IMG/VR virus record: IMGVR_UViG_3300021197_001584
Location: 15,472-79,471 of that record
Source of the DNA: a virus
Reading direction: 5' to 3' (one strand)
DNA: 64,000 nucleotides
In this document: positions 38,501 through 48,069 of the stretch, piece by piece
Layout: the number at the start of each line of letters is the position of its first letter
Numbering within the stretch: the stretch's first letter is position 1
Position numbers and translations under genes: made by a program
The notes under the pieces: model-generated
The model's database searches: none
Told to the model about the DNA's origin: nothing
What the model saw: only the letters and a program-made list of their open reading frames with translations

Positions 38501-41500
38501 TTCCACGTGTGTTGGAGAGGGATGTGGTGTAAGTTCCAATATAGAACTTGTAGATCTCTGGTGATAAATGCGGAAAATTAGGATCTGCTTCGGCATAATA
38601 ATCTTCGGGAACGCCGCCGTTTAGATTTTGATCAACGTAGGCATCCCAATTCTGGTATACTCCATTTATATATAGTTTTGTCTGGGTGTTCCTTGAAATT
38701 ATGTTACCGTTGATGTCATAGGTAGAGTGATTCATAGTCCCTTCAGTTGTTATCAAGACGTGTGTTAAATGTCCGCCATATTGGCCCAAAAAGTTATGAA
38801 AATCGTGTCTGAAGATTGTGAGTTGTCCTCCATCCCGTCGGTATCCTATGCTAAAACTTAAAGTCCATCCATTATTTGTTGAATAGGTGAGATTTAACAG
38901 CTTAGATGCAGTGTTTATCTGTTGAGTTCCAGTTGTCCAAAATTCACTATAAATGGTCATTACGCTATTAGTGTTTAAGGCGGGGACAGGTGCATTGATA
39001 TAGAAGGACATAGTGAATGGCTGTGATGTTGCTCCCGGTGCTGTTGGCGACCACGATGGCTTTCCAACGAATTCAAGTCCAATGTCTGCATCAGCACCGG
39101 TTATTGTCAATGCTTGACCTGCTGAGCCAGGCGGCTGGCCGCCATTGTCTCCCTCTGTGAAAGTAACGGTAAAGTCATTAACAGGAAAGTTGGCTACCAA
39201 TAAAGTCTTTAAACTATTAAAGAAATCTGTGTTTGAGGCCGGTGTGGGAGTCGTCAATAACGTTTGTCCACCTTGAACTGATGTGTCTATTTCATAGTCT
39301 ATTGAGTCAATGGTTATAAATTCACCAGATACAACATCGTCAAAACCTAAGATCTTAAAAGTACCACCCGAGGCTGTCTGGCCAGGCTGGGGTGATTGTA
39401 TCTGCGTGAGAGTTTCGTTATATGCAATTGTAAAGTCATTTGAAAAGTTGTTTACCAATAGAGATTGGATGTTGTTATAGAAGCCTATATTCGTAGAGGG
39501 TACTGCAATTGTTTGTCCACTTTGAGAGTTGGTGCCTATTTCATAGTCTACCAAGTCGATAGTTATAAAGTCTCCTGATGCAATGTCATCAACACCCAGT
39601 ACTCTAAAGGATCCGCCACTCGCGGGTTCAGATGCGACCTCTGCAAGTGTCTCTGTCAAAAATTCAACATAGTTGACCGTAAAAGTGTTGATTGGGAAGT
39701 TTACTTCTAATGCTGATTTTAATCCATTGTAAAATGCAACATTTGTAGACTCCAGAGGAAATGCAACATCACCTTGTATAGATGTTTCTATTTCGTAAAT
39801 AATAGAATCGATAGTTATGTATTGACCTTGTGCGACCCGATCAATGTCTAGGATAGTGAATCCACCACCAGTTGCGGTTTGACCAGCGACACCTTGAACT
39901 GCTGGAACAGTATAGCCAGTGTCATTATATCTATTGTTTGGCCCTGCAAACAGGTTTCCAACGGTAGTCACGAACTGGCTTGCTAGGGTGTAATAATTCG
40001 TCGTCTCGGGCAAAGCGCTTTCAATAATGTCAGGCAACAGATCACCGGCTCTTCTCAAGAAGTAACCTTGATCTCCAAATGTCGACATGGCTTCGTAGTT
40101 TCGAATGAAGTTGCCATAGTTACCTTCTTGATGCCAATCTCCATTTTCGTCCTGATATAGGTTAGTTTGAATGTTTTTGATATTTACGGGTCGCTTTGCT
40201 CTCTCTTCTCGATAAAGAGTTGCTTTTTGTTGATCAGAATCAAGACTTCCCACAGAGTAGTCTGGGGTTGTGAAACCAATTGCCCCATCGCCAACTCCAG
40301 ACCCCTCTTGTGTTTCGGTTGCATCAAGTTCGGCAATGTAAATGTTCCACGATTCTGGTCTATCTGCTATGTTTGGGATGTTCCCAACAGTTTCGTCAAA
40401 GCCTTCCATGTAGTGAACGTGTCGTGACTGACGACCTCCAATGTGAGTGTGAGTAAATGGGCCTTGAATTGAGATTTCATTCGTGATGTCTGTAGTATCT
40501 GAGTGGAGGTTGACCAAGTCGAACCCCTCGCCAAAACCGCCATCGGCGGCAGGACTGTTTATTAAAGCAGAATAACCAGTGTTAACGCTTGATGAAACAA
40601 TGTTTCCGGGAATGATTTTTGAAATCTTTTGTCGATATGCATATTGATCATCGTCACTCTTTGGCTCTTGCGACGATAGAATTGCATGTCGACCAAGCAC
40701 AGCGAATCCGTCATATTTGTATTTTCTCAATTCTTCAGGTCTATGTTCATCTATGCATGCAGGCTTGGGATTTGTTCCTGTTCCATCACCCGCGCCGATG
40801 ATGACAACATTCTCGGGTGTTCCTGCGGTGGATGCATTACCCACAGCTATCTGAGATGTAATCATGTCTCGATCTTTGTTTGCCGAGTAGTTGATTCCTC
40901 CATGAATTGAGTTGCTGAATCCGATATCTAATGCGTAAGGTTTCGAGAATCTACGTGCAGCGTAAGACCCAGAGATCAATTGAGTTGAGCCAGAAAGAAC
41001 AACAGGGTTTGTGAACTCTTGGTCGTTTTGTCTCACAAGAACTTGACGAATCGCCTCTTCTTCGACAACACTATTCTCTTTACGTTCTTTTTGCCATAAG
41101 CAGTTTTCGTTTTCGTCTCCGGACAATGGTGCATGTCCAACTCTCCAGTTGTACTTCAACTCTTGAACACCACGAATTGATGCCTCAGTTGAAGTGATAG
41201 TGTTGAGAAGTCCAACTTGACGTTGATATTTGTCTCTCTCAAGGAGATGAGGTTCGATGACGTCAACGATCCCACCAGCAAAGTTTGCTGACATTGGAAC
41301 CAATTGATTGACCATTGAGGAGATGCTTGAATCGATCCATTTGAAGTACTCGAAGAATTTGTCGAAATCCATGTCGCTCTCGACCTTATCAAAGAACAGC
41401 TGTCTTGCTTTTGCTAAGTCTTTGTATTCTAAGCGGAATCTCTCAACAGGGCGACCAACTAGGTTGGCGAACTCTAATGTTGTCGAGAACGACTTCAGCA

Positions 41501-44435
41501 TTTCTTCAGAGATCAAAGCAGATGGAGACTTCTCCATTATGAAAAGGTTGTCACTGACATCATCGTCATTTGAGAAGTTTATTTCTTGATCACCCTTGAT
41601 GTAGATGTTTTGAGCGTCATAGGCGCTCTCTGGCAACTGTTTCTTGTAAGCTTGGATGAACTCATAGCCAACGACCGAAGTGTCGTCAAGAGGGAAATTT
41701 GAGCCCTTAGCTTTGTGTTCTCGACGAATCAGATCGTCAATCCATCCATAGACTGTGTCGGAGTGTCCACCAGTGGTATCTTCAACTTCAAACTCTCCAA
41801 TTGAATCAGATGTTGAAACTGTGTCAAAATCCCAATTGAGAATTGTCAAGTCCTGTGATGGGATTTGAACGTCATCGATCAAATAAAGGTTTGACCCGTC
41901 AATAGAAGAGCTTTGTCCATAATTCAAGACATCTTTATTGTGGTTTAAGATTTCGTTGTTCTCGACATAGTCCAGCCATGCTCGCACACCGCCAACTTGG
42001 ATATCTGTTTCTTGCAGAACTGTTCCTGTGAAGTCTTGAGCGTGAGCTCCGACATAGACTCTCTTGGATGCATTCATTAGTGCCAATCCATCTGAGTTTG
42101 AAACAGTTGTTGACAATAGAACTTCGTTTTCGATCTCGCCAAAGTTGGTTGTTACGGCATAAAGCTCGATGTCATAGTCTGGGGTCGTATTTGTGACACC
42201 ACCAGCATATGGATAAGTCTGTGGTTTAATTCGCAAAGCAACATTATAATGCTCATTCTCGTAAATGTCGTAAATGTAGTCAGATTCTTCTTCGATATTT
42301 CCCGCAATGTCTCGCATTACAAACTTGGCATGTCGCGAATTTAAAGAGTCTCGAACAAGATAGACAGACAGATTTTGAGTTCCCCACGTTAAATCAGCAG
42401 GGTCGGTTTGTGCTTCGTGGAATCCCATGACAGAAGAAGATAGGAATGGAGTGGCGAAATAGCCTCTCTCGTCAATTTCTTTCTTGTAGGGCACCACTAT
42501 GTCCGCTTCAAGCGTAAAAGCGTTTCTAGAGGCATCTACGGCGCTTGAAATGAATGATCTGCTGCTTGTTGACGTTATTGATTGAAAAATGCTTGCATCA
42601 AAGCTCTCTGGGTGATTAAAATTGACATATTTCTTCTTAACAGATGTTGGTCGAGATTTATCGGTGAAGTACTGAACTCCTCCGTCTGTGTAAAGATTGA
42701 GTCGAATGAGTTCGTCGTCGATACCATAGCACCTGATAAGATTGCGAATGGAACTTTCTGTTCCTTTCGTCTTATAGATCTTCTCGAGGTTGTTGTAAAT
42801 GTTTGTGTAGATGATGTTCTTGATTTCATGAAGCTCGGTCTCGAATTGAGCATCTTGAAGGTTTACAGATGCTAGTTTCTCATAGACCTCATTGCTTTCG
42901 AACATGTTCGAGATCATAAATCCTTTATCTTTCAAAAGATCAGCAGCCATTGTCGAGGTCTTCACGCCTTCCATTGGATAGCGCTTTGTCTTCAGTTCGG
43001 TCAACTCTTTGATCTGGACGTGAAGCGTGTCCATGTAAGAACCAAGAATCTGAGCGAATAAACGAAGATTGCCGTTGTCCTCTTCTTGAAGCCATGTTGG
43101 CATTGATCTAAAGAATGATTGACCACGGTCTGCGTCGTAAGAGAGACCTTTGGTTTTCATTTCCGAGATCAAGCTTTTGACATCGGAGTGTTCTTTGTAG
43201 ATGATCGGTGTTGGAGTTTCGGTGTAACCCATTGATTCCATTGCACTATCTGTTGAGCGAGCATTCGTTGTGCTTTCGTAGCCGACCCATACGCCATTTG
43301 CTAAACGTCCGGAATAGTCGAGCACAACAGAGTCTGCCGCGTTTGTTCCGACGATACCTTCGTTGAATTTAAGATAGACTCCAAGGTCCGATGTTGCATC
43401 GTCAGTGTTGGCTCCACCACCGATGGCGTTAAACCAGTTAAGCTTAATTTGTCGAGAAGTGCGGTTGGTTTTCCAAAAACGGAATTCATCCATCTGAGCG
43501 GACAATTTACCATAACCCAGTCCGCCATCACCATTGTCGTCTTGTGTCTGTAGTGCTCCAATGAAGCCATCCATCTTTCCAACAAAGCTGGTGATCGATG
43601 TTGACATTGTAAAAGTCTCAAATTCATTCCCGTTAACATAAACGGTGATCTCAATACCAGAAGAGACCCTAATGAAAGAGAGGGCGTAGTGCTTCCAAGT
43701 TGTAAAGTCAATCGAAGTAGAAGTTATTTGAAATACTTGATCTCCTATGGTTACAACGAAATCTCCCGTTGTCGCTGTAGCTGCATCGAGAGAAATTGTA
43801 AATCTACCATAATCACTCAAGGGCAACAAAGGATTCCCATTCCAGAGATCCAAAACAACTTCTCTTGGCTCGGTGGCTGGATTGAATTGATCTTTCTTTA
43901 GCCAGAATTCAACTGTCACACCTTTCTCAAAATCACAGTTCCAGTTTTGATTGCGATTCTTGTCATTGTCATATTTCGCAGAAGATGCAAAATGATCATT
44001 AAGGTTCTTGGCGGAAGAGTCAGTGTGCAATCCGCCCCAAATCTTAATGTATTCATTCACGCTTGTTGGAGCCCATGGTCCGCTTGGGGCACCACTAATG
44101 GCAGCAGTTGTTCCAAGTTGCACATGTCCAGTTGTCTTTGGATACTTGGTCTCGAACATCCACCGCTCTAAAGCAGAGGCTTTTTCTTCAAAGGCAATCT
44201 GTTCGGACTTCGAACCATCATAAGGATAGTCTTCGTAAATTCGACGAATAGCGGCGTCATAGTAAAGCTCAGCAGAGCCGTAGTAGACAAAGTTCTCGGG
44301 GTCGGAGAAGTCAATTTGAGGATGATAGACTTGGTCTGCTTTAGTCTTTTCTTCTACAAATGCGACACTCTCGACATCTTGGACGGTCTCTTCAAGGTTT
44401 GGGGAAGTTTTACCAAATAAATCTTTAATACTCAT
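35508..44435 (-). CDS. Giant baseplate/fibre-associated protein with LamG domains and nested repeats
   Basis: 2975 aa; LamG signatures (TVEFWLK...WKHYA...MDEFRFW; FTMSFYI...LDEFMIF); YKTKGT..SI..L wedge-like motif; S/T-rich C-terminus. Confidence 0.7.
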   Translation of the reverse strand: MSIKDLFGKTSPNLEETVQDVESVAFVEEKTKADQVYHPQIDFSDPENFVYYGSAELYYDAAIRRIYEDYPYDGSKSEQIAFEEKASALERWMFETKYPKTTGHVQLGTTAAISGAPSGPWAPTSVNEYIKIWGGLHTDSSAKNLNDHFASSAKYDNDKNRNQNWNCDFEKGVTVEFWLKKDQFNPATEPREVVLDLWNGNPLLPLSDYGRFTISLDAATATTGDFVVTIGDQVFQITSTSIDFTTWKHYALSFIRVSSGIEITVYVNGNEFETFTMSTSITSFVGKMDGFIGALQTQDDNGDGGLGYGKLSAQMDEFRFWKTNRTSRQIKLNWFNAIGGGANTDDATSDLGVYLKFNEGIVGTNAADSVVLDYSGRLANGVWVGYESTTNARSTDSAMESMGYTETPTPIIYKEHSDVKSLISEMKTKGLSYDADRGQSFFRSMPTWLQEEDNGNLRLFAQILGSYMDTLHVQIKELTELKTKRYPMEGVKTSTMAADLLKDKGFMISNMFESNEVYEKLASVNLQDAQFETELHEIKNIIYTNIYNNLEKIYKTKGTESSIRNLIRCYGIDDELIRLNLYTDGGVQYFTDKSRPTSVKKKYVNFNHPESFDASIFQSITSTSSRSFISSAVDASRNAFTLEADIVVPYKKEIDERGYFATPFLSSSVMGFHEAQTDPADLTWGTQNLSVYLVRDSLNSRHAKFVMRDIAGNIEEESDYIYDIYENEHYNVALRIKPQTYPYAGGVTNTTPDYDIELYAVTTNFGEIENEVLLSTTVSNSDGLALMNASKRVYVGAHAQDFTGTVLQETDIQVGGVRAWLDYVENNEILNHNKDVLNYGQSSSIDGSNLYLIDDVQIPSQDLTILNWDFDTVSTSDSIGEFEVEDTTGGHSDTVYGWIDDLIRREHKAKGSNFPLDDTSVVGYEFIQAYKKQLPESAYDAQNIYIKGDQEINFSNDDDVSDNLFIMEKSPSALISEEMLKSFSTTLEFANLVGRPVERFRLEYKDLAKARQLFFDKVESDMDFDKFFEYFKWIDSSISSMVNQLVPMSANFAGGIVDVIEPHLLERDKYQRQVGLLNTITSTEASIRGVQELKYNWRVGHAPLSGDENENCLWQKERKENSVVEEEAIRQVLVRQNDQEFTNPVVLSGSTQLISGSYAARRFSKPYALDIGFSNSIHGGINYSANKDRDMITSQIAVGNASTAGTPENVVIIGAGDGTGTNPKPACIDEHRPEELRKYKYDGFAVLGRHAILSSQEPKSDDDQYAYRQKISKIIPGNIVSSSVNTGYSALINSPAADGGFGEGFDLVNLHSDTTDITNEISIQGPFTHTHIGGRQSRHVHYMEGFDETVGNIPNIADRPESWNIYIAELDATETQEGSGVGDGAIGFTTPDYSVGSLDSDQQKATLYREERAKRPVNIKNIQTNLYQDENGDWHQEGNYGNFIRNYEAMSTFGDQGYFLRRAGDLLPDIIESALPETTNYYTLASQFVTTVGNLFAGPNNRYNDTGYTVPAVQGVAGQTATGGGFTILDIDRVAQGQYITIDSIIYEIETSIQGDVAFPLESTNVAFYNGLKSALEVNFPINTFTVNYVEFLTETLAEVASEPASGGSFRVLGVDDIASGDFITIDLVDYEIGTNSQSGQTIAVPSTNIGFYNNIQSLLVNNFSNDFTIAYNETLTQIQSPQPGQTASGGTFKILGFDDVVSGEFITIDSIDYEIDTSVQGGQTLLTTPTPASNTDFFNSLKTLLVANFPVNDFTVTFTEGDNGGQPPGSAGQALTITGADADIGLEFVGKPSWSPTAPGATSQPFTMSFYINAPVPALNTNSVMTIYSEFWTTGTQQINTASKLLNLTYSTNNGWTLSFSIGYRRDGGQLTIFRHDFHNFLGQYGGHLTHVLITTEGTMNHSTYDINGNIISRNTQTKLYINGVYQNWDAYVDQNLNGGVPEDYYAEADPNFPHLSPEIYKFYIGTYTTSLSNTRGISQPNETTILDEFMIFDAYFGGNQNLIDEIYNNGNQLDYSNLSNLTTYANAKAFYTFSETNDGFTNGDTIHNKVANSENLTVYDNSSDRISTSFSGPPTSAGTIVYHAEFSIVPINDGTYGNFAISVDPNYSSFPSANNEISDSINGADPISAVYSSEAEFTITPNSNGSFGNFNVAIGTGNSFSNPQDSTGGVDFAPAENDSEAQFTIVPLNNGIYGNFDIALLGANNSFINPSNSIDGVDYVASVPSYFVPGITNIIDRQDRSTGSANVIRTRFSAPGGPEINSSGYLDIATQQYSVHNSLNFRNLSVRLNGSGEDGEIRVVSHANHREGLRTLRSRHSAKFGLDPQHATPIVNYPNEEITYNEEPSFHKQHRNTSRFPSEQFSDSGVPTVGIYERRDNDHFHRPMPATDFQYSWIHNALNGDDAPQQDIINTAPKNGLIGTTNGYEEAIKFNGLGVELDDCTQDPIADPFVTWGSTGQFTDDEDFSLFIQENSTTSQTILDFSEIGTLQFSFNNLGCSTVSALQSLVENGQPRSFESSVSLPTLYFNPDNSAIFDYATKRSGYIEDQEVTLVNVSTGEPTLESEINYLQRTTPGGATTVVTRTPNDIIELVPFSSTPGAFEVTIAEANQSYHSFSSQNIQCADAYQGLEVDSVFIGNDSTAPPWNNLLPTLYYSSGVFTQVDSTVYMCSGYFEDTISNSFSNATTTAPTLVSNVTFYDDDGSGGRATSTAESKTTTVVPGSSSPGANQVSEAEANLTTFGYVASSHLADNIDGSLEFELSESDATLNLSQTFGPQATVPSSFSQIYYSSNSSDQVILTLTSRSTGTGLIVEDDSTIIFENATLDNTLLESTVSYPNYGTSGWATRTITSDGSRVNGGVTQTITLKDPSSSTPINSANLITETQANNDLTFSSVATNMPCASSATYQLYTTDEDGVVEDDGIDPTNSRPNVEYSAGDSVSFRVIVEQCTDSAGNPYTDEITLTIQDAALVQVSPP

Positions 44436-45804
44436 TATTTACCACTCTGAATCTATGTTTGAAAGGAAGCTCTTGGTAGCTCTTGGTCATTACATTAAAT
44501 AGAGCTAATTTGATTTCATAAACATAATTAGGCTCCAACATACTAATGTCAAGATCGAAAAAGTTTCCATTTGAATCATAGGAAAGAGTAGTTGAGTCGT
44601 CGGTCAAGTCGTAGTCAAAGATAATTTCATCTGTGACGACTTTTGATATTTTAAATTTGAGGTTGTCATAAACCTTAGAGTCTGGTCTCGACGTTGCCAC
44701 AGTGTGGATATTTGGAGACCAATCCTTCTCGCGGATGTAAAAGTAGAAGCGAGATGTTTGATTAGCATAGTGAACGTCTTGGTTGTTCAGAACGGAAACA
44801 ACAAGGTCGCCAATGCTAGGTATTCCAGAGGGTGCTTGTGTTGTGACCGTAATTGACCCTGTAACGACTTCCGTGCCGTTGTTGGACCAAACGTCATAGA
44901 GAGTGCTAGCAGACGTTGTAGGGTTCACCACGGCCTTATAAACACCTGTTGTTCCTGCAGGTGATGTTGCTGTTTCTGTGGCAATAGGTGATCCTCCTAG
45001 GGTTTCATATAGAGAAACTGTCACTGGTCCAGCTAGATTTGTTAGTGCTCCCCTCAACTCATTGTAGAGATAGATGTCGTTTGACTGACCAGACAAAAAT
45101 GTCTTGCGATGATCTGTTGTTTGAGAATCCCATCTCGCTTCCAACAAAGGCTTCTTGAAGAAATTGCTTGTTCCTCGAGCATAGAACATCTTTGTGTAGT
45201 ATGAGCGAGTCTCTGCGGTTGCAGTGCTTGGGAGTTTAATGATGAGGCCATAGTTACTGGATAGATTATTTAACCAGTCCGACACGAAACTGGTAACATT
45301 TATTACCAGATCCTCATAGCCTTCTTCGAATTCGGCTATTGATGGTGTCCCTGTAAAGTCTCCACCTTCAGTAGTCCAAGCGTTGCCTGCGCCACTTTCA
45401 TTCCAGCTTGAACCTTTGTTATATGTGAGATCCGTGTAGTTCTCCATGTCCATTCCTGTGCCTTCTTCCCATGAGGTAGTTAGCGCAGACACTTCAAGTT
45501 GAAAGTCTCTAGGTAAGGTTCGGCCGTGTTCGGCGTTAAACAATCTGAGATAAAATTCAGTCTTGCTTAGATCTACAATCTCAGCGTCGATGTCTTCTTG
45601 GATTTGTGAGATGTCGAACTCAATAAGAATTCTAGCTTCTTCAGTAGAATAAGCATCGTTCTCATCAAGAACTTGACCATAGATCGAGAAAACCTCAAGA
45701 ATGTCTGATGCTCCCATGTTCGCATCGGTCCCTCTAATTGCAAGGCTCTCTCGGAAAGCATTGGTGATCGTGTTGTCCTTTGTTGCATAGTAACGTTTAA
45801 TCAT
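44425..45804 (-). CDS. Virion/baseplate protein (DNRLRE-like beta domain)
   Basis: DNTI...RILIEFD...LRL...WEEG.G...W...GGD pattern; follows the gp6-like gene. Confidence 0.55.
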   Translation of the reverse strand: MIKRYYATKDNTITNAFRESLAIRGTDANMGASDILEVFSIYGQVLDENDAYSTEEARILIEFDISQIQEDIDAEIVDLSKTEFYLRLFNAEHGRTLPRDFQLEVSALTTSWEEGTGMDMENYTDLTYNKGSSWNESGAGNAWTTEGGDFTGTPSIAEFEEGYEDLVINVTSFVSDWLNNLSSNYGLIIKLPSTATAETRSYYTKMFYARGTSNFFKKPLLEARWDSQTTDHRKTFLSGQSNDIYLYNELRGALTNLAGPVTVSLYETLGGSPIATETATSPAGTTGVYKAVVNPTTSASTLYDVWSNNGTEVVTGSITVTTQAPSGIPSIGDLVVSVLNNQDVHYANQTSRFYFYIREKDWSPNIHTVATSRPDSKVYDNLKFKISKVVTDEIIFDYDLTDDSTTLSYDSNGNFFDLDISMLEPNYVYEIKLALFNVMTKSYQELPFKHRFRVVNNEY

Positions 45805-47603
45805 CTGACCAATACTCCTTTGATGTCAGTCGTTGGAAACTTCAATTCCATAATAACATTCTTTGGTGTCTTAATGAATGTTCCATCTTGAGACATTGCT
45901 TCTTTAAAGTTCATTCGCACCATTGAATAGTTCCCGCCTGTCTTCTGATAGACATTGACTCTTTTGACATCTGCGACTCCGTCGACCTTCGATAGGATTG
46001 CATAAAGCCTTGTGATGTAGATCGGTTCTCCAATGTAAGATTGGTTCGAGAAATAGTCCCTAATTGCGGCGTTGCATCGGGCTAAAATGTTTTCGTTCGA
46101 GAACTGTGGGTCTATGGAGACTTTAAAGTTCACTCCGAAGTTCACAATTTTTGCGTCATAAATATCAATGACATCATTGAGAGACTTATATTGCGATAAC
46201 CAGTTCTTAATGTTTTGCTTAAGTCTATCGTTTGCTGTTGCAAGCTTGCCGTCGTTTCCTTCCGATGCGATGTAGATCGCCATTCTACGGTTGGTGGCAG
46301 ATGGATCATTTACAACACTAGCTCTCTTTATGATCCCAAACTTGTTGGGCATGTTGTAAATTAGCGACTCGTAATCTTGACGAGTTACGGCTCGACCTTG
46401 AGTTGCATAGTAGCTTTTCGCTCTTTGTTTTAATTCTTCGTTTGTCATTCTCTCGGCTGAACCAATGATCGGTTCTTCGTTTGTAAGTTCGAGAGAGCTA
46501 ACAACTGCGTTCTTCTTTGAAGAGATTAAGTTGATTTCTGATGGAAACTTCATTCGTGCAGTTCCAACGGATGTTATGCTATTTGCGCCGGCACTTGAGA
46601 GGTCTGTAGTGTTTGCTTTTGCAATAACGGTCAAGGTTGTACCAGACGGAGCAATTCCGAGCTTGGTAGTTCCGATGAGTTTTGATGGATCAAATGTTTG
46701 AGAAGATATGTAGTTCTTCCCATGCATCTCTAGAAAGACCTTTGAAGGATCAGCTATTTCTTCAGCCTCAGAATCCTCTGAGCCGAATCCAAACTGTAAG
46801 TAGGTCCCAGTGTCGTCCTGCTCTACAACAAAGCGTCTGGTGGCAACGAAGGGCTTTAAAATAGACCTTACACCTTCACTTGATGCTTCTCTGTTCGTAG
46901 TTTCTTTGAAAACGACTTCTTGAGCTAGATTGTCAACTTCATAATATGTGTTGCCATCTGAATCTTTTACAGATAGGACTTCGCTGAAAGTTGCATCTCC
47001 AATTCGGATCTTCTTGAATTTCTCGAATGCTGAATTCGTCAAGTCAACTGTGATTCTCGAGAACACACCAGAGACAATCTGCCCGACAGCCTTGATGGCA
47101 AAATGGGTTGTTTGTCCGCTTGAAGAATCAAATCGGGCTGCAACCATGTCATTAGTCGGTGTGTCAAATGCAACGTCTTCCGTCAACGTGAACACTCCTC
47201 CGCCGGATGCTGTAAAAGATGATCCCTTTTGAAGGATGGGCATGTAATTAAAATCAGGTGCTGTGCCGTCTAGATTCGATGGAACAAGAACGAACAGGGA
47301 GACAAACCCATAAGAGTTAGCTGAGCCTGCGAATTTATAGCCCATTGATCTCGCATGTTTACGGATATTGTTGAACTCAATTGCCGAGTCCATGAACGAT
47401 TCATTGGCTTGGTAATCTAGATAGTAAGAAAGAACGTCTCCAACATAGGCAACCGAATCAACTAATAGCGAGTTAATAGTTCCCTTTGTGAAGTCTTTCC
47501 ATTGTTCTGGATAGAATCTTTTGGCATGCTCAACGATGTCTGACTTTATCGAATCGAAGTCTCTGCTGGTGTACTTAATGGGTGTTTTCTTTTGTTTTGA
47601 CAT
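45801..47603 (-). CDS. Baseplate wedge subunit (T4 gp6-like)
   Basis: YTSRDFDSIK, AYVGDVLSYYLD.Q.NE.F, ARSMGY, FGFG, RAVTRQDY motifs. Confidence 0.9.
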   Translation of the reverse strand: MSKQKKTPIKYTSRDFDSIKSDIVEHAKRFYPEQWKDFTKGTINSLLVDSVAYVGDVLSYYLDYQANESFMDSAIEFNNIRKHARSMGYKFAGSANSYGFVSLFVLVPSNLDGTAPDFNYMPILQKGSSFTASGGGVFTLTEDVAFDTPTNDMVAARFDSSSGQTTHFAIKAVGQIVSGVFSRITVDLTNSAFEKFKKIRIGDATFSEVLSVKDSDGNTYYEVDNLAQEVVFKETTNREASSEGVRSILKPFVATRRFVVEQDDTGTYLQFGFGSEDSEAEEIADPSKVFLEMHGKNYISSQTFDPSKLIGTTKLGIAPSGTTLTVIAKANTTDLSSAGANSITSVGTARMKFPSEINLISSKKNAVVSSLELTNEEPIIGSAERMTNEELKQRAKSYYATQGRAVTRQDYESLIYNMPNKFGIIKRASVVNDPSATNRRMAIYIASEGNDGKLATANDRLKQNIKNWLSQYKSLNDVIDIYDAKIVNFGVNFKVSIDPQFSNENILARCNAAIRDYFSNQSYIGEPIYITRLYAILSKVDGVADVKRVNVYQKTGGNYSMVRMNFKEAMSQDGTFIKTPKNVIMELKFPTTDIKGVLVR

Positions 47604-47637
47604 TTAATGGTCCCTCACAAAGACTAAATAGTTTGAC

Positions 47638-48066
47638 TTAAATAACTTCCAATTCAAAAACTTCTGGAATTGTGAGTTCATTATAGAAGAATTCGATGCG
47701 AATTCTCATCATTGAGTTAATAGGTTCCAATGTAACCGATAGATTCGTGATTGTCATGTAGGGCATGTAGGTTTCTGCTTGGGAACGGATTTGGGACTCA
47801 AGGCCGCCTGTGTCGACTTCTTGTTCTTGCAAGAACAAATAGTCTTGCAAGCCGATGCCATAGTTGGCATCCATAACATATTCTCCAGGCCTAGTCAACA
47901 GAAGCATTTTTAGATTCTGCTTGATGGCATCTGTTTGTGTCCAGTCTGGGTAAGATGCTGCTCCGAACGATGTAGAAGAAACGGCGTATTGACCTGTGAT
48001 TCCGAGTTTGGGATTCGGCACAACTGGTGCACCGAGCTCAATGGGAAAAATAATTGAAATTGGCAT
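47638..48066 (-). CDS. Baseplate wedge subunit (gp25/GPW-like)
   Basis: IKQNLKMLLLTRPGE...YGIGL..YLF...YMPY motif. Confidence 0.88.
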   Translation of the reverse strand: MPISIIFPIELGAPVVPNPKLGITGQYAVSSTSFGAASYPDWTQTDAIKQNLKMLLLTRPGEYVMDANYGIGLQDYLFLQEQEVDTGGLESQIRSQAETYMPYMTITNLSVTLEPINSMMRIRIEFFYNELTIPEVFELEVI

Positions 48067-48069
48067 AAT

